NCBI GenBank assembly: GCA_002724675.1
Contig: PBPL01000213.1
Span: forward strand, 1 to 53,784
DNA length: 53,784 nt
Direction: 5' to 3'
From: Deltaproteobacteria bacterium
Lineage (GTDB): Bacteria > Myxococcota_A > UBA796 > UBA9615
This document shows positions 1-9,515 of this stretch, piece after piece. The notes under the pieces are model-generated. The model saw only the letters and a list, made by a program, of their open reading frames with translations. It did not search any database and was not told the origin of the DNA. Within the stretch, counting starts at the first letter, position 1. Every line of letters starts with the position of its first letter. The translations under genes and the position numbers were made by a program.

Positions 1-406
<406 letters not shown>

Positions 407-509
407 GATCTCGCTCCCCTCGTCACCTGGTCGCCTCTCTCGGCGCAACCCGGACCATATCAGTTCGCTCAAAATAGGTCGTGGGCGAGCCGGACAAGCC
501 CTCCACACC

Positions 510-2366
510 TCAGCACACAGCCCATACCCGGCGCCGGGTCATCATGACGATCAACACGAGGCCCAGCCCTGCTTTCCAACCGTGACCATCGTCCCTTGGA
601 TAACCCCGAACTCCGCAGGTGCAACCGCTGCCCTCGAGGCTGTCTTCGAGCGCTGGTTCCCGCACATAGAACGCATGCGTTTGACTGGGCTCGCCCTCAC
701 CCCAGGCATCGGAAGCGACGACCCAGACTCCGTAGTCCCCACCGAGTTCGATGGACTCGCTCAGGTCAATGCTGGTCTCAGTGACTCCGTCAAAGATCCA
801 CCGAGCCGGAGCTGCGAGCGGAGCAGAGTCATCATCATCAGAGGCTTCCTCGGCTTGTCCCACGCTGTTCAGCAAGAACAGCTCCACCCGATAGCTCAGG
901 TAATCCTGGTCGGGATCATCGGACCGCCACTGCAGCACCAGTTCCCGGTCAACCCGCTCACCGTCGTCCGGGCTCAGCACTACCGGCGGAGCTGGCGCTC
1001 CCTCGTCGTAGACCGCCGCGACTGCGGCAGCCGCATCCACATTCCCGCAGCCGTAGCGTTCGCTCCACCCCTCGCTATCGTAGAGCGCATCGTCCACTTG
1101 AATTCGGTCGGCGGTAAAGCACAAGACCTCGCGAGCTTCCGCCTCAGTGAGCCGCTCGTTGGCGGCATACATCAAGGCCAAGACACCCGAGACTAGGGGA
1201 GCCGAGCCCGAGGTACCCCCCATTCTCGGCGTGTAGTCGTTGTCGTCGCCCAGACCGTTCATGCCCCGGTCGCCCAGCAGGTCTGTGGTCCGTAGCTGTT
1301 CTCCATTGTTCCCGTAGGCATCGCCGGAGGGCGTCACCACATCCAGAGCCGGCCCCGTGTTGCTGTAGCCCCACTTTTGACCGCGGTCATTCACCGCACC
1401 CACAGCGATCACCCCCGAAGATTCGAGGATGGGCTGGTCTCGCGCATCACAGCCGCCATTGCCCACCGAGAACACGACGCTCGTACCGAGGCCACCGCGC
1501 CCCTCCGTCAGGGCGTACTCCACCGGGTCCGTGATACTCGGCCCGCCAGGCCCCGGTCCGCAGGGGTCGTCCTCGTCGGCCGAGGCAAAGCCCCAGCTGT
1601 TGTTGAGCACCGCCGCCCCCCGATCGGTGGGTACGACAAAGGCATCCCAGTGATCAGCCGTTGTCGTGGGACCGCCGATGAGACGTACCGGCAGGATGCG
1701 GCTCTCCCAGGCCACACCAGCCACACCCATGCCATTGTTGCCCACGGCGGCAATCAGGCCAGCCACTGCGGTGCCGTGGGGGTTGCCGTCCTCGCCCTCG
1801 ATGGGCGATGGATCAGCGTCGTCATCCACGACATCGATTCCTTCGACCACATCGAGATCGGGGTGCGCCGCCTCCACCCCGCTGTCGAGCACAGCCACAA
1901 TCTGCCCACGCCCGGTCGACCACTGCCAAGCCGGAACCGCATGAATGTCCATGCCCGCCAGAGCACCCGCGAACTGACCCACGTTCTCGAGATGCCACAG
2001 TTGGTCCCAGTAGGGGTCGTTGAGCGGCGCGCCCTGCGGGACCCGGACCAACCACCTATCGGGCTCTGCCCAGCGCACTGCAGCTTGTTCGGAGAGACCG
2101 GCGGCCACCTTCGCGGGGTCCGTCCCCGCAGCTAGTAGCAAGCTGTAGACCGGCCACTTGCCAGGGCGACGGACCACCTCGTCCACGCGGGGATCGGCAG
2201 CCAGTGATTGTAGAAGTTCCTCATTGAGCGCGGGCTCATCCCCCAGCCTCGTCAGGACGTCTCCGGTGAGTTCCCCGTGTTTCTGGGCCATGGCCGAGCT
2301 CGGGGCAAAGCACACCACCAAGACACCCACCAACACGCAAACCGGGACGGGCACACTGGGGCGCAT
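510..2366 (-). CDS. Subtilisin-like serine protease (peptidase S8) with MYXO-CTERM-like C-terminal tail
   Basis: Catalytic triad motifs are VAVLDSGV (Asp), HGTAVAGLIAAVGNNG (His) and GGTSGSAPLVSGVLAL (Ser). The start was moved to the internal ATG at 2366, which gives signal peptide MRPSVPVPVCVLVGVLVVCFAPSSAMA. The C-terminus GSGCTCG...GLGLVLIVMMTRRR is a Cys motif + TM + basic cluster. Confidence 0.85.
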   Translation of the reverse strand: MRPSVPVPVCVLVGVLVVCFAPSSAMAQKHGELTGDVLTRLGDEPALNEELLQSLAADPRVDEVVRRPGKWPVYSLLLAAGTDPAKVAAGLSEQAAVRWAEPDRWLVRVPQGAPLNDPYWDQLWHLENVGQFAGALAGMDIHAVPAWQWSTGRGQIVAVLDSGVEAAHPDLDVVEGIDVVDDDADPSPIEGEDGNPHGTAVAGLIAAVGNNGMGVAGVAWESRILPVRLIGGPTTTADHWDAFVVPTDRGAAVLNNSWGFASADEDDPCGPGPGGPSITDPVEYALTEGRGGLGTSVVFSVGNGGCDARDQPILESSGVIAVGAVNDRGQKWGYSNTGPALDVVTPSGDAYGNNGEQLRTTDLLGDRGMNGLGDDNDYTPRMGGTSGSAPLVSGVLALMYAANERLTEAEAREVLCFTADRIQVDDALYDSEGWSERYGCGNVDAAAAVAAVYDEGAPAPPVVLSPDDGERVDRELVLQWRSDDPDQDYLSYRVELFLLNSVGQAEEASDDDDSAPLAAPARWIFDGVTETSIDLSESIELGGDYGVWVVASDAWGEGEPSQTHAFYVREPALEDSLEGSGCTCGVRGYPRDDGHGWKAGLGLVLIVMMTRRRVWAVC

Positions 2367-2394
2367 GCAGGCATGATGCCTGAGGCCGGATCCC

Positions 2395-3831
2395 ATGCGC
2401 CCACAAACCCACACCCTTCTTCTCGTTTTCATCCTGCCCCTCTGGGGAACGGGGCCCGCCTGTACCGCAAGCGAAGAGCCAGAGCCCTTCTGTGGGGATG
2501 GCATCGTCCAAGAGGAAGAAGAGTGCGACACCGGCTCGTCGCTGAGCGACACCACGGCCAACGCCTGTCGCACATCGTGCACCCGACCCAGTTGCGGAGA
2601 CGGCGTCACGGACCCTGATGCTGGAGAGACCTGTGACGACACCAACGCATGGGGGGGCGACGGATGCTCTCCAAACTGCCAGGACGACCTGGGTGGGCCA
2701 GAGCAGGAGCCCAACGACAACCTCGACCAAGCACAGGCCATCTCAGGCGGCGAACAAGTCACAGGCGCTCTACTGGACGGAGACCGGGACTGCTACGTCA
2801 TCCAAGTGGAGGCGAACGGTTGGCTGGCCGCCGACCTCGTGGGGGACGGCTTGGAGCACTGCCCCACGCCCAGCACCCTGACGCTCTATTCGCCAGACGG
2901 CAACCTCCTGGCCACCGGTAGCCCGGACAGTGATGAGGGCTGCTCGCCTATCCTGCCGTCCCGCGTAGAGGCCGCCAGGTTTATGGAGGCTGGGGAATGG
3001 ACCCTCTGTGTGGACGGGTTCCAGGGCCTGGTTGTTCCCACCTACACCCTGCAGTGGGAGTCGGGCTCGGACAGCTGCGCGCTGGACGGTGTCCCGGTCC
3101 TCCCCGCGGACGACCCCGACGACGACGGACTGATCAACCTCTGCGATGAGGACGACGACGGAGATGGAGTCGTCGACGAGGACGACAACTGTCCCCACGT
3201 CCCCAACGGACCCGCCGACCCCAACATCACCTCGGGCAGCTCGGGATTTCTTCGACATTGGCTCCTCGCAGGGCCCTACTTCGGGAACGACAGCGATGAA
3301 GCGTGCCGACCCTCGGAAGTCCCGCTGCTGGGCAGCGATGACGACGGCAACGTCAGTCCACACGTAGGAGACATAGCCGGAGACAGCGCCTGGTCCGTGC
3401 ACATCGACGACGACTTCCGCATTGACTTCGAACATCTGCGAACCGAGGACGCGCCTCGCGAGGTCTACATCCTGAACTGGCTCTACTCGGCCACGGACCG
3501 TCCCGTGGTGCTGGCCTTGGGCCCAGACGATGGCGTGCGGGCCTGGCTCAATGGTGAAGAAGTAGGAGAGGTAGACGGCTGCCAGGGCACCTCGGCAGAT
3601 CAGTTCCGCTTCAACGCACAGTTGCTCAACGGCTGGAACCCCCTGCTCCTGAAGGTCTACGACCAAGGTGGGGGCTGGGGCACCTACGTCCGACTCTACG
3701 ATGCAAAGAGCAACACCATTGTGGATGACCTCGGTGTCTCGCTGACACCTGACGGCCCGTGGGCGGACGACCAGACAGACACCGATGACGACGGCCTAGG
3801 CGACTACTGCGATCCCGACCCGCTCAACTGA
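2395..3831 (+). CDS. Secreted multidomain protein: Myxococcus-type Cys-rich repeats, PPC-like domain, thrombospondin type-3-like Asp repeats, C-terminal jelly-roll-like domain
   Basis: The signal peptide is MRPQTHTLLLVFILPLWGTGPAC. It has CGDGIVQEEEECD / CGDGVTDPDAGETCDD..GGDGCSPNC repeats and an EPNDNLDQAQ...GDRDCY (PPC-like) segment. The DDPDDDGLINLCDEDDDGDGVVDEDDNCPHVPN stretch is TSP3-like. The call on the C-terminal VRAWLNGEEV...LLKVYDQGGGWGTYVRL domain is inference only. Confidence 0.75.
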   Translation: MRPQTHTLLLVFILPLWGTGPACTASEEPEPFCGDGIVQEEEECDTGSSLSDTTANACRTSCTRPSCGDGVTDPDAGETCDDTNAWGGDGCSPNCQDDLGGPEQEPNDNLDQAQAISGGEQVTGALLDGDRDCYVIQVEANGWLAADLVGDGLEHCPTPSTLTLYSPDGNLLATGSPDSDEGCSPILPSRVEAARFMEAGEWTLCVDGFQGLVVPTYTLQWESGSDSCALDGVPVLPADDPDDDGLINLCDEDDDGDGVVDEDDNCPHVPNGPADPNITSGSSGFLRHWLLAGPYFGNDSDEACRPSEVPLLGSDDDGNVSPHVGDIAGDSAWSVHIDDDFRIDFEHLRTEDAPREVYILNWLYSATDRPVVLALGPDDGVRAWLNGEEVGEVDGCQGTSADQFRFNAQLLNGWNPLLLKVYDQGGGWGTYVRLYDAKSNTIVDDLGVSLTPDGPWADDQTDTDDDGLGDYCDPDPLN

Positions 3832-3890
3832 TTCGCCCTACCGAGGAGACAGCCTCGGTGCTCTCGAGGCCCACGAGGTGAGATTGCTGC

Positions 3891-4907
3891 ATGATGTTGG
3901 GCATGGTGGATTCCCAATCAGCACCAGCCAAGAGCCCCGCAGCGCTGGGCATCGATGTGGGCGGGCACGGGATCCGCGCGGTCCTGGTGGATGCTGCCGG
4001 GACGGTCCTGAAGGCAGACCAGCTGACACTCCACGGCGAGGCCGAACGAAGCCTGGTGTCGGTCGAAGACAAGATCGTGGGACTGGTGGAGCAATTGGAG
4101 GGTGGCCCGGGCACGACGACGGCAGAGAGACTTCCCCTTCCCGTGGGGATTGGGATTCCAGGCTTTCAGGACCGGCACGACCAGGTGATCCGAAGCTCGC
4201 CCAACTTTCCTGGCTGGGTCGACATCCCGGTGGGTCAACGTCTCAGCGAGCGGCTGGGCCGACCGGTGTCCGTAGAGAATGATGCGAACTGCGCCCTACT
4301 GGGTGAAGCCTGGGTGGGCGCCGCCCGCGCAGTGCAAGACGTAGTCCTTCTCACCCTTGGCACCGGAGTCGGAACAGGCTTCCTCGTGGGGGGCACGCTA
4401 GTACGGGGGCAGCGCGGGGCGGCAGGCGAAGGAGGACACATCACCTTGCATCCCAATGGCCGATCCTGCGGCTGCGGGCGCCTGGGTTGCCTCGAGACCT
4501 ACGCCTCGGGCCCGGGACTCGTCGCCACGGCCCGCGAGCTTTGGTCGAGCGATAAAGACTCCGATGGCGACGGGCCCACAACGGCGCAGTCGCTCTTCCT
4601 CCAGGTCTCTCAGGGGTCTACGCCGGCGCTCAAAGCTATGGAGAGGTGGTGCGATGACCTCGGCCGAGGGCTCGCGTCGCTCATCCACATCTTCGCCCCG
4701 GGCGCTGTCGTGCTGTCGGGCGGAATCACCGCAAACTTCCCGCTCTTCCAGGAGCCACTGGAGCGAGCGGTGCTACGCCACGCGATCCCCGCCTGTGTCC
4801 ATGGGCTCTTGCCCCTGCGCTGCAGCGAGCTCGGGCGCGTGGCCGGCGCCGTTGGTGCAGCCTTCGCTGCGCTCAATCCGGATCGCCCCCCGACTCCGTC
4901 CCCTTGA
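3891..4907 (+). CDS. ROK-family sugar kinase (glucokinase-like)
   Basis: Motifs are LGIDVGGHGIRAVLVD (ATP-binding N-terminus), ENDANCALLGEAW, LTLGTGVGTG and the ROK zinc motif GHITLHPNGRSCGCGRLGCLETYASG. SD-like GAGGTGA lies ~10 nt upstream. Confidence 0.85.
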   Translation: MMLGMVDSQSAPAKSPAALGIDVGGHGIRAVLVDAAGTVLKADQLTLHGEAERSLVSVEDKIVGLVEQLEGGPGTTTAERLPLPVGIGIPGFQDRHDQVIRSSPNFPGWVDIPVGQRLSERLGRPVSVENDANCALLGEAWVGAARAVQDVVLLTLGTGVGTGFLVGGTLVRGQRGAAGEGGHITLHPNGRSCGCGRLGCLETYASGPGLVATARELWSSDKDSDGDGPTTAQSLFLQVSQGSTPALKAMERWCDDLGRGLASLIHIFAPGAVVLSGGITANFPLFQEPLERAVLRHAIPACVHGLLPLRCSELGRVAGAVGAAFAALNPDRPPTPSP

Positions 4908-7350
4908 GCGGTCCATCGACTTCTTCCGGGTCCGATAGGGACACCGAATCCAAAGCAGAGGCCGACTGGTGAAGCAATGTCTTCTCCTGCAGGTTCTCAT
5001 TGGTTGACGGGATCTCCATCGTCTCCGCCGTCCCGCCTTCCCAGTCCTCTTCTGGACTCGGCGTTGCCGGCATGTCCGAGATCGAGTGGGGCCCACTGCC
5101 CTCTTTAAGGACCGGAGCCATGACCACACCGAACTCCGCGCTCGGGAGCGGAGGGAGTTCCTCGACCCTCAGGTACTGACTGTGGTCGCCGGGATCATCC
5201 TCGAGGTCCCGGAGCAGGCCAATGACCTCATCGAAGTCCTTCGCCCTCTCCTCCAGCTCCGCCGCCGTCAGCCGGCGCAACAAAGGCTCCCAGTTGGAGG
5301 GGACCCCCTCCCACGCCTCCTCCAGGATCCGGCCAGAAGGAACTGAGTTCACCTTCACCTGGGCAGGGGTCCTGGAACAGATGAGCCGATACAGCGTCAC
5401 TCCGAAGCTGAAGATGTCCGATTGGGGCCCTGGGAGCCCCAGCAAGTGCTCGGGTGCCATGAAGCCGAGCGTCCCCATGGTCTGGCCGACCTCCGTCAGC
5501 TCAATCGCGCCCTCGCTGATGTCCTTGGCGATACCGAAGTCGGTCAGCTTGGCGACTCCATCTGCCCGCAACAGGATGTTGTCCGGCTTCACGTCCCGAT
5601 GGACAATGCCCGCGGCGTGGACCGAGCGCAGCGCGGAGGCAACGGACAAGCCGTAGTAGCGCACATACTCCAGAGGCAGCGACCGACCAGCCTTCCACGA
5701 GTTCTTCAAGAGACCCACTAGGTCGCCCCGCTCCATCCACTCGAGCAAGACGTAGGGGGTTCCTCCATCCAGCTCGCCACAGTCATAGACCTGCAAGACG
5801 TGGGGGTGGCTGACCCGAGACGACAACATGAGTTCTCGCTCGAACCGCTCCAGGAACTTCTGCCGCTGGGACGAATCGCTGACCAACGCGACCTTGGCCG
5901 CTGCCAGTCGACCTAGGCGCGTGTCCCTCACCCGGTAGATCACCGCCTGTCCACCCTTTCCTGCCAGCTCCTCCACCACAAAGCGGTCGCCCTTGCGGCC
6001 GCCAAAGCTACCGCCCGGCTCCAGGGTCGTGTCCTCGACGCGCCCCGCCACGGGGAACGGAGGCGTGCTCTTGGCTGCGTGAGGAACGTCCTTGGGCAAG
6101 CGAAGCTCATGGCTCTTGCCAAACCGAGACGAGATGCCCTTGGGAATCTCCAGTCCCGCCACCGGCTCCGCTAGGACCCCCCACTCACTGAAGGGGCTCA
6201 GGCGCGGGGTTCTGTCCGGCCCAGAGTGATCCAACACCAGAGACTGCCCCAACTCCGGGTGCACCAGCATGCTACCGATGGGAACTCGCCCCTTCCAAGA
6301 CCGGAGGGCGCTGATGAACGAGCGGGCGGTGGGGACCGCTCGCTGCATACGTGACCACACATCGGCCACGTCCTCTTCCGAACCACCGCCCACCGGCTGA
6401 GAGAGGGTGACATAGTTGTCTATCAGGTGCAGGAGCTGGGCCAGTCGACCGCCCTTGCTGCCGTTGCGAATCAACTCCAGATCCCAGAGCGTCATCATCA
6501 CCCCCGGAGCCATGTCTCCTAAGCTCTGGTAGCGCGACAGTTGCTGAAAGACCTCGGCCGAGCCCTGGTGGGCAGTCACCCGATCAAGGATGGAGGCAAG
6601 CCCCAGTGTCATCAGCGCCGACCGGCTGAGCCCTAGACTGACTCCAAAGCCTACGGCCTCCACCGTGCGAAGCGTACAGTGAAGGCTGTCGCCCTCCTCG
6701 AGAGTCGCGGGGCGTTGTGAGCACAGCAACTGAAACACAGTAGGACGCTCGTCGATAATCTCAGTCAACAGTCGCAGGTGACGTGTGAATGGGACCATGG
6801 ACGGAACAAGGTCCTCATCATGAATCTCGCTGAGGCTATCGATCGCGCTCAGCAACCCCGAGAAGAGCCACACACAGCCCCGGTGGATCTCTGCTCCAGA
6901 CGCGCCCACCCCCGCCGAGTGCAGAGCCTGGAGGGTGAGACCCTCGAACTGCTCCGGAAGCGTCTCGGCCTTCTGATGGATGCAAGCGTAAATCGCCTCG
7001 GCAAACTGCTCGAGCCCAACCCGAGTGACATTGGGTGAGAAGGTGACCTCTCCCACATCGAAGCTCCTCAAGAGCCTCGTAAGTTCCTGAGCCCGCAAGA
7101 ACGACTGGAAGTCGACAGACAGCAGGTTGCCATTCAAGAACGTCTCACCCTCCAGGAACTGCAGCTGCAGCGGGGCCTTATTGTCCTTGAAGTGTGTAGT
7201 CAGCAAATCCTCTAGCTGATCCCGAGCCTGAACGACCATGGCGTTGTTGGACTGGTAGGTGCGTAGTGCCCGCAGATAGACCTGCACGCCCAGCACCAAC
7301 TGGGTGCCGAGCCGCTTCAGGCCCGCATCAATAACTTGAGTCTGCGTCAC
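4873..7350 (-). CDS. Ser/Thr protein kinase with ~440-aa N-terminal regulatory region
   Basis: The C-terminal Hanks kinase has GKGGQAVIYRV...AAK, HRDVKPDNILL, DFGIAKD and GTLGFMAPE. The N-terminus carries the module LRALRTYQSNN...LQFLEGETFLNGNLL that is shared with two other proteins in the window. The 4-nt ATGA overlap with the upstream gene lies at 7347-7350. Confidence 0.85.
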   Translation of the reverse strand: MTQTQVIDAGLKRLGTQLVLGVQVYLRALRTYQSNNAMVVQARDQLEDLLTTHFKDNKAPLQLQFLEGETFLNGNLLSVDFQSFLRAQELTRLLRSFDVGEVTFSPNVTRVGLEQFAEAIYACIHQKAETLPEQFEGLTLQALHSAGVGASGAEIHRGCVWLFSGLLSAIDSLSEIHDEDLVPSMVPFTRHLRLLTEIIDERPTVFQLLCSQRPATLEEGDSLHCTLRTVEAVGFGVSLGLSRSALMTLGLASILDRVTAHQGSAEVFQQLSRYQSLGDMAPGVMMTLWDLELIRNGSKGGRLAQLLHLIDNYVTLSQPVGGGSEEDVADVWSRMQRAVPTARSFISALRSWKGRVPIGSMLVHPELGQSLVLDHSGPDRTPRLSPFSEWGVLAEPVAGLEIPKGISSRFGKSHELRLPKDVPHAAKSTPPFPVAGRVEDTTLEPGGSFGGRKGDRFVVEELAGKGGQAVIYRVRDTRLGRLAAAKVALVSDSSQRQKFLERFERELMLSSRVSHPHVLQVYDCGELDGGTPYVLLEWMERGDLVGLLKNSWKAGRSLPLEYVRYYGLSVASALRSVHAAGIVHRDVKPDNILLRADGVAKLTDFGIAKDISEGAIELTEVGQTMGTLGFMAPEHLLGLPGPQSDIFSFGVTLYRLICSRTPAQVKVNSVPSGRILEEAWEGVPSNWEPLLRRLTAAELEERAKDFDEVIGLLRDLEDDPGDHSQYLRVEELPPLPSAEFGVVMAPVLKEGSGPHSISDMPATPSPEEDWEGGTAETMEIPSTNENLQEKTLLHQSASALDSVSLSDPEEVDGPLKGTESGGDPD

Positions 7351-9221
7351 GTGGAGGTCTCCTCAGAGCCATCCTCGACATCGCTTTCGCCATCAGCACC
7401 GTCCCCAGGATCGGCTTGAGCTGTGAGATCACCGGGCGTGTCGCCCCCCACCGAGCCCAGCATGTCCCGCCCAGAGAGGACGTCGGTGTCGCCAAGGCTC
7501 TGTCGCACTTGCTCGGCTCGAATGACCTGCTTGATCTCTGCGGGCACTCCCCAGCTAGCTAGGACCTTGCGAACGGTCTCCTCTGCCTCCTGCGATGGAC
7601 TGCCAACCACAAACTTCGCCACTTCACTCTGGAACTCGATCGTGGTCTTGCCGCTGAAGAGGCGAAAACCCAGCAGCAGCTTGCACAAGAAGCGAGTTAT
7701 CACCGGGAGGCGAGAGTGCCGGCCAAGAGTGCGCACGAAGGCAATACGCTCGTCGTGGTCACGACGAGCAAAGTCCCGATGCTTCATCAGGGCCATGACC
7801 TCGCGCAGGAGCTTGTTGCTTCCTTGTTCCGCGATGAAGGACAACGTGAGGATCCGATTGGCCTTGTGGGGGTCCTGGAGGATGGTGGGGATCATGTGAC
7901 CCAAGGTCGGGTCGTATTTTGCGAAGAGCCTCTTGAGCACCGCTCGACGGACTTCTGCGTGGGGAGATTCGTAGCCACCGAGCGCTAGCAAGAAGGCCTC
8001 ATCTGTTCCTAGGGCCACCAACGACTCCACCGCCTCGAGTGCTTCCGCGGGATCCGAACTCATGAGCCGGCTGGAGAAGAAATGCATGGGAGCGGTGTCC
8101 GGCGTGGCCACGAACTCACCGCTCTCCTCGGACGCCTCGGCGGCCTCTACATTCTCGAGCAGCTTCTCAGCTGCTTCCGCGTTGATGTCCGCGATGGCGG
8201 CCAACGAGTCATGAAACGCTGAGGGCTCGGACTCGACCAATGGCACAAGCGCATTGAGGGCTTCGGGGTCTTCCAGCAGCGCTTGTAGTGACCGTCCCTG
8301 AAACTCGCTGTGCGCGGCAACGGCACAGATCATTCGGTTGAGTTCGTGGACCATACCCATACGGGTCATGCCAGCCATCACGTTGAGAATCGTGGCGTCG
8401 GCGTCCTCTTCGAGCGCAACCGCCAGGTCCAGAAATCGATCCAGGTCGCGGATCTCGCGGTCTACCGAGGCTGCTAACTTCGGCTTCTTTCGTTCCTCTC
8501 GGAGCTCAGCGGAGACCTCAGTAGACAGCCGGCACCAATCGAACCCGTCCTCGTCGAGCGCCAGAATACGGAAGTCATCGGGGCTCAATTGGACGGCATC
8601 CACACCTTGTCTCAGCTTGGCACCCGAATGCAGCATCGACTTCCATCGACCGTACTGTTCCTGGAGACTGGCCGACTTGTCCTCGCCGAGATCAACCCCA
8701 CGGATGAGGACCCTCGCCACGAACACCTGCACATGCTTCAGTTCCTTGCGCCAGAGGGCCGTGACAATGTCCTCGCCGTCCTCGGCATCAGCGCTGAGAA
8801 TGTGGAGCAACTCCCGCAATTCATTGCGGTCGATGCCACGCTGAAAGACGATCTGACGGGCGCCCTCCTCGAACAACGTGAACCACTGCCGAGCGAACTC
8901 ACCATCAGACGGGGGAGAGTCTCCAGGCAAGAAGGGGCCAAAGGGACTGAGGTTGACCTCCACCGGCCGCATCTCGGTCGCCAGCGCGGCGTGGCTCGCC
9001 AATTCGTTGACGTGCGCGTCATACTGCGTGCCACGTGCCTCGTAGAGACGATAAGAGCGCAGCACTTTTTCCAGACTCAGCAGCAACTTCCGCTGCTCAC
9101 CACCGGGCTCACTAGCGCTCGGCGACGCACCACCCGCCGGTGCTTCGGCGGAAGCTGCGGACTCGTCGACAACCTCATCCTCAGCTAAAGGCTCTTCAAT
9201 GGGCTCGTTCGTATCCATCAC
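7347..9221 (-). CDS. HEAT/ARM-repeat protein with acidic N-terminus and shared N-terminal regulatory module
   Basis: This is a 624-aa ORF. The N-terminal module is LRSYRLYEARG...FARQWFTLFEEGARQIVFQRGIDRNELRELLHIL. The C-terminal half is helical-repeat-like (YESPHAEVRRAVLKRL, ILQDPHKANRILTLSF). It is translationally coupled to the kinase gene. Confidence 0.7.
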   Translation of the reverse strand: MMDTNEPIEEPLAEDEVVDESAASAEAPAGGASPSASEPGGEQRKLLLSLEKVLRSYRLYEARGTQYDAHVNELASHAALATEMRPVEVNLSPFGPFLPGDSPPSDGEFARQWFTLFEEGARQIVFQRGIDRNELRELLHILSADAEDGEDIVTALWRKELKHVQVFVARVLIRGVDLGEDKSASLQEQYGRWKSMLHSGAKLRQGVDAVQLSPDDFRILALDEDGFDWCRLSTEVSAELREERKKPKLAASVDREIRDLDRFLDLAVALEEDADATILNVMAGMTRMGMVHELNRMICAVAAHSEFQGRSLQALLEDPEALNALVPLVESEPSAFHDSLAAIADINAEAAEKLLENVEAAEASEESGEFVATPDTAPMHFFSSRLMSSDPAEALEAVESLVALGTDEAFLLALGGYESPHAEVRRAVLKRLFAKYDPTLGHMIPTILQDPHKANRILTLSFIAEQGSNKLLREVMALMKHRDFARRDHDERIAFVRTLGRHSRLPVITRFLCKLLLGFRLFSGKTTIEFQSEVAKFVVGSPSQEAEETVRKVLASWGVPAEIKQVIRAEQVRQSLGDTDVLSGRDMLGSVGGDTPGDLTAQADPGDGADGESDVEDGSEETST

Positions 9222-9515
9222 ACCGTTGGTCGTCTCAGGGCCATGCCGATAAAGCTTCGGCCAATACCCCAGAGTGCGCGCTCCCAGGAAGAAAGCATCC
9301 TAACAGTCTGTCGGGGGTAGAGGCCCTTCAACTGACCTGCAGCATCAATTCAGTCGCCCGCCTATACAGGTCCCGGCTCGACTCTCGGAACGAAGATAGA
9401 CATGCAGAATCACCGCAGAGATTGCCGAAGAGGCGATTCGGCCCCAAGCTTTCCGCGAAGCCCGGGGGCACCGACCCGCCCGATTCCAAGACCCATCGCA
9501 AGGTATCGTCTCCAC

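Noticed and set aside
2770-3666. Long antisense ORF (298 aa) opposite the secreted Cys-rich repeat protein. Similar shadow ORFs are 1377-2135(+), 9827-10492(-), 17986-19089(+), 19491-20357(+), 21304-22215(-), 23480-24136(-), 24984-25673(-), 26225-27043(-), 29770-30627(-), 37073-37927(+), 37554-38396(+), 39608-40336(-), 40930-41958(+), 44697-45299(-) and 47883-48413(-).
   Set aside because: All overlap genes with strong motif support on the other strand or frame. Their translations are R/P/G/S/A-rich with no recognisable motifs, which is the pattern expected of stop-poor shadow frames in high-GC DNA.
3841-3858. Hairpin CCGAGG-agacag-CCTCGG after the stop at 3831, considered as a terminator
   Set aside because: The stem is a short 6 bp with no following U-tract, and the next gene (ROK kinase) starts 33 nt later on the same strand. 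Read-through or a coincidental palindrome is as likely.
4873-4907. 35-nt convergent overlap of the ROK kinase and Ser/Thr kinase 3' ends. Also the 1-nt spacing of convergent stops at 35993-35999.
   Set aside because: Tail-to-tail overlaps of this size are common in compact high-GC genomes and involve poorly conserved C-terminal tails. There is no evidence of regulatory significance.
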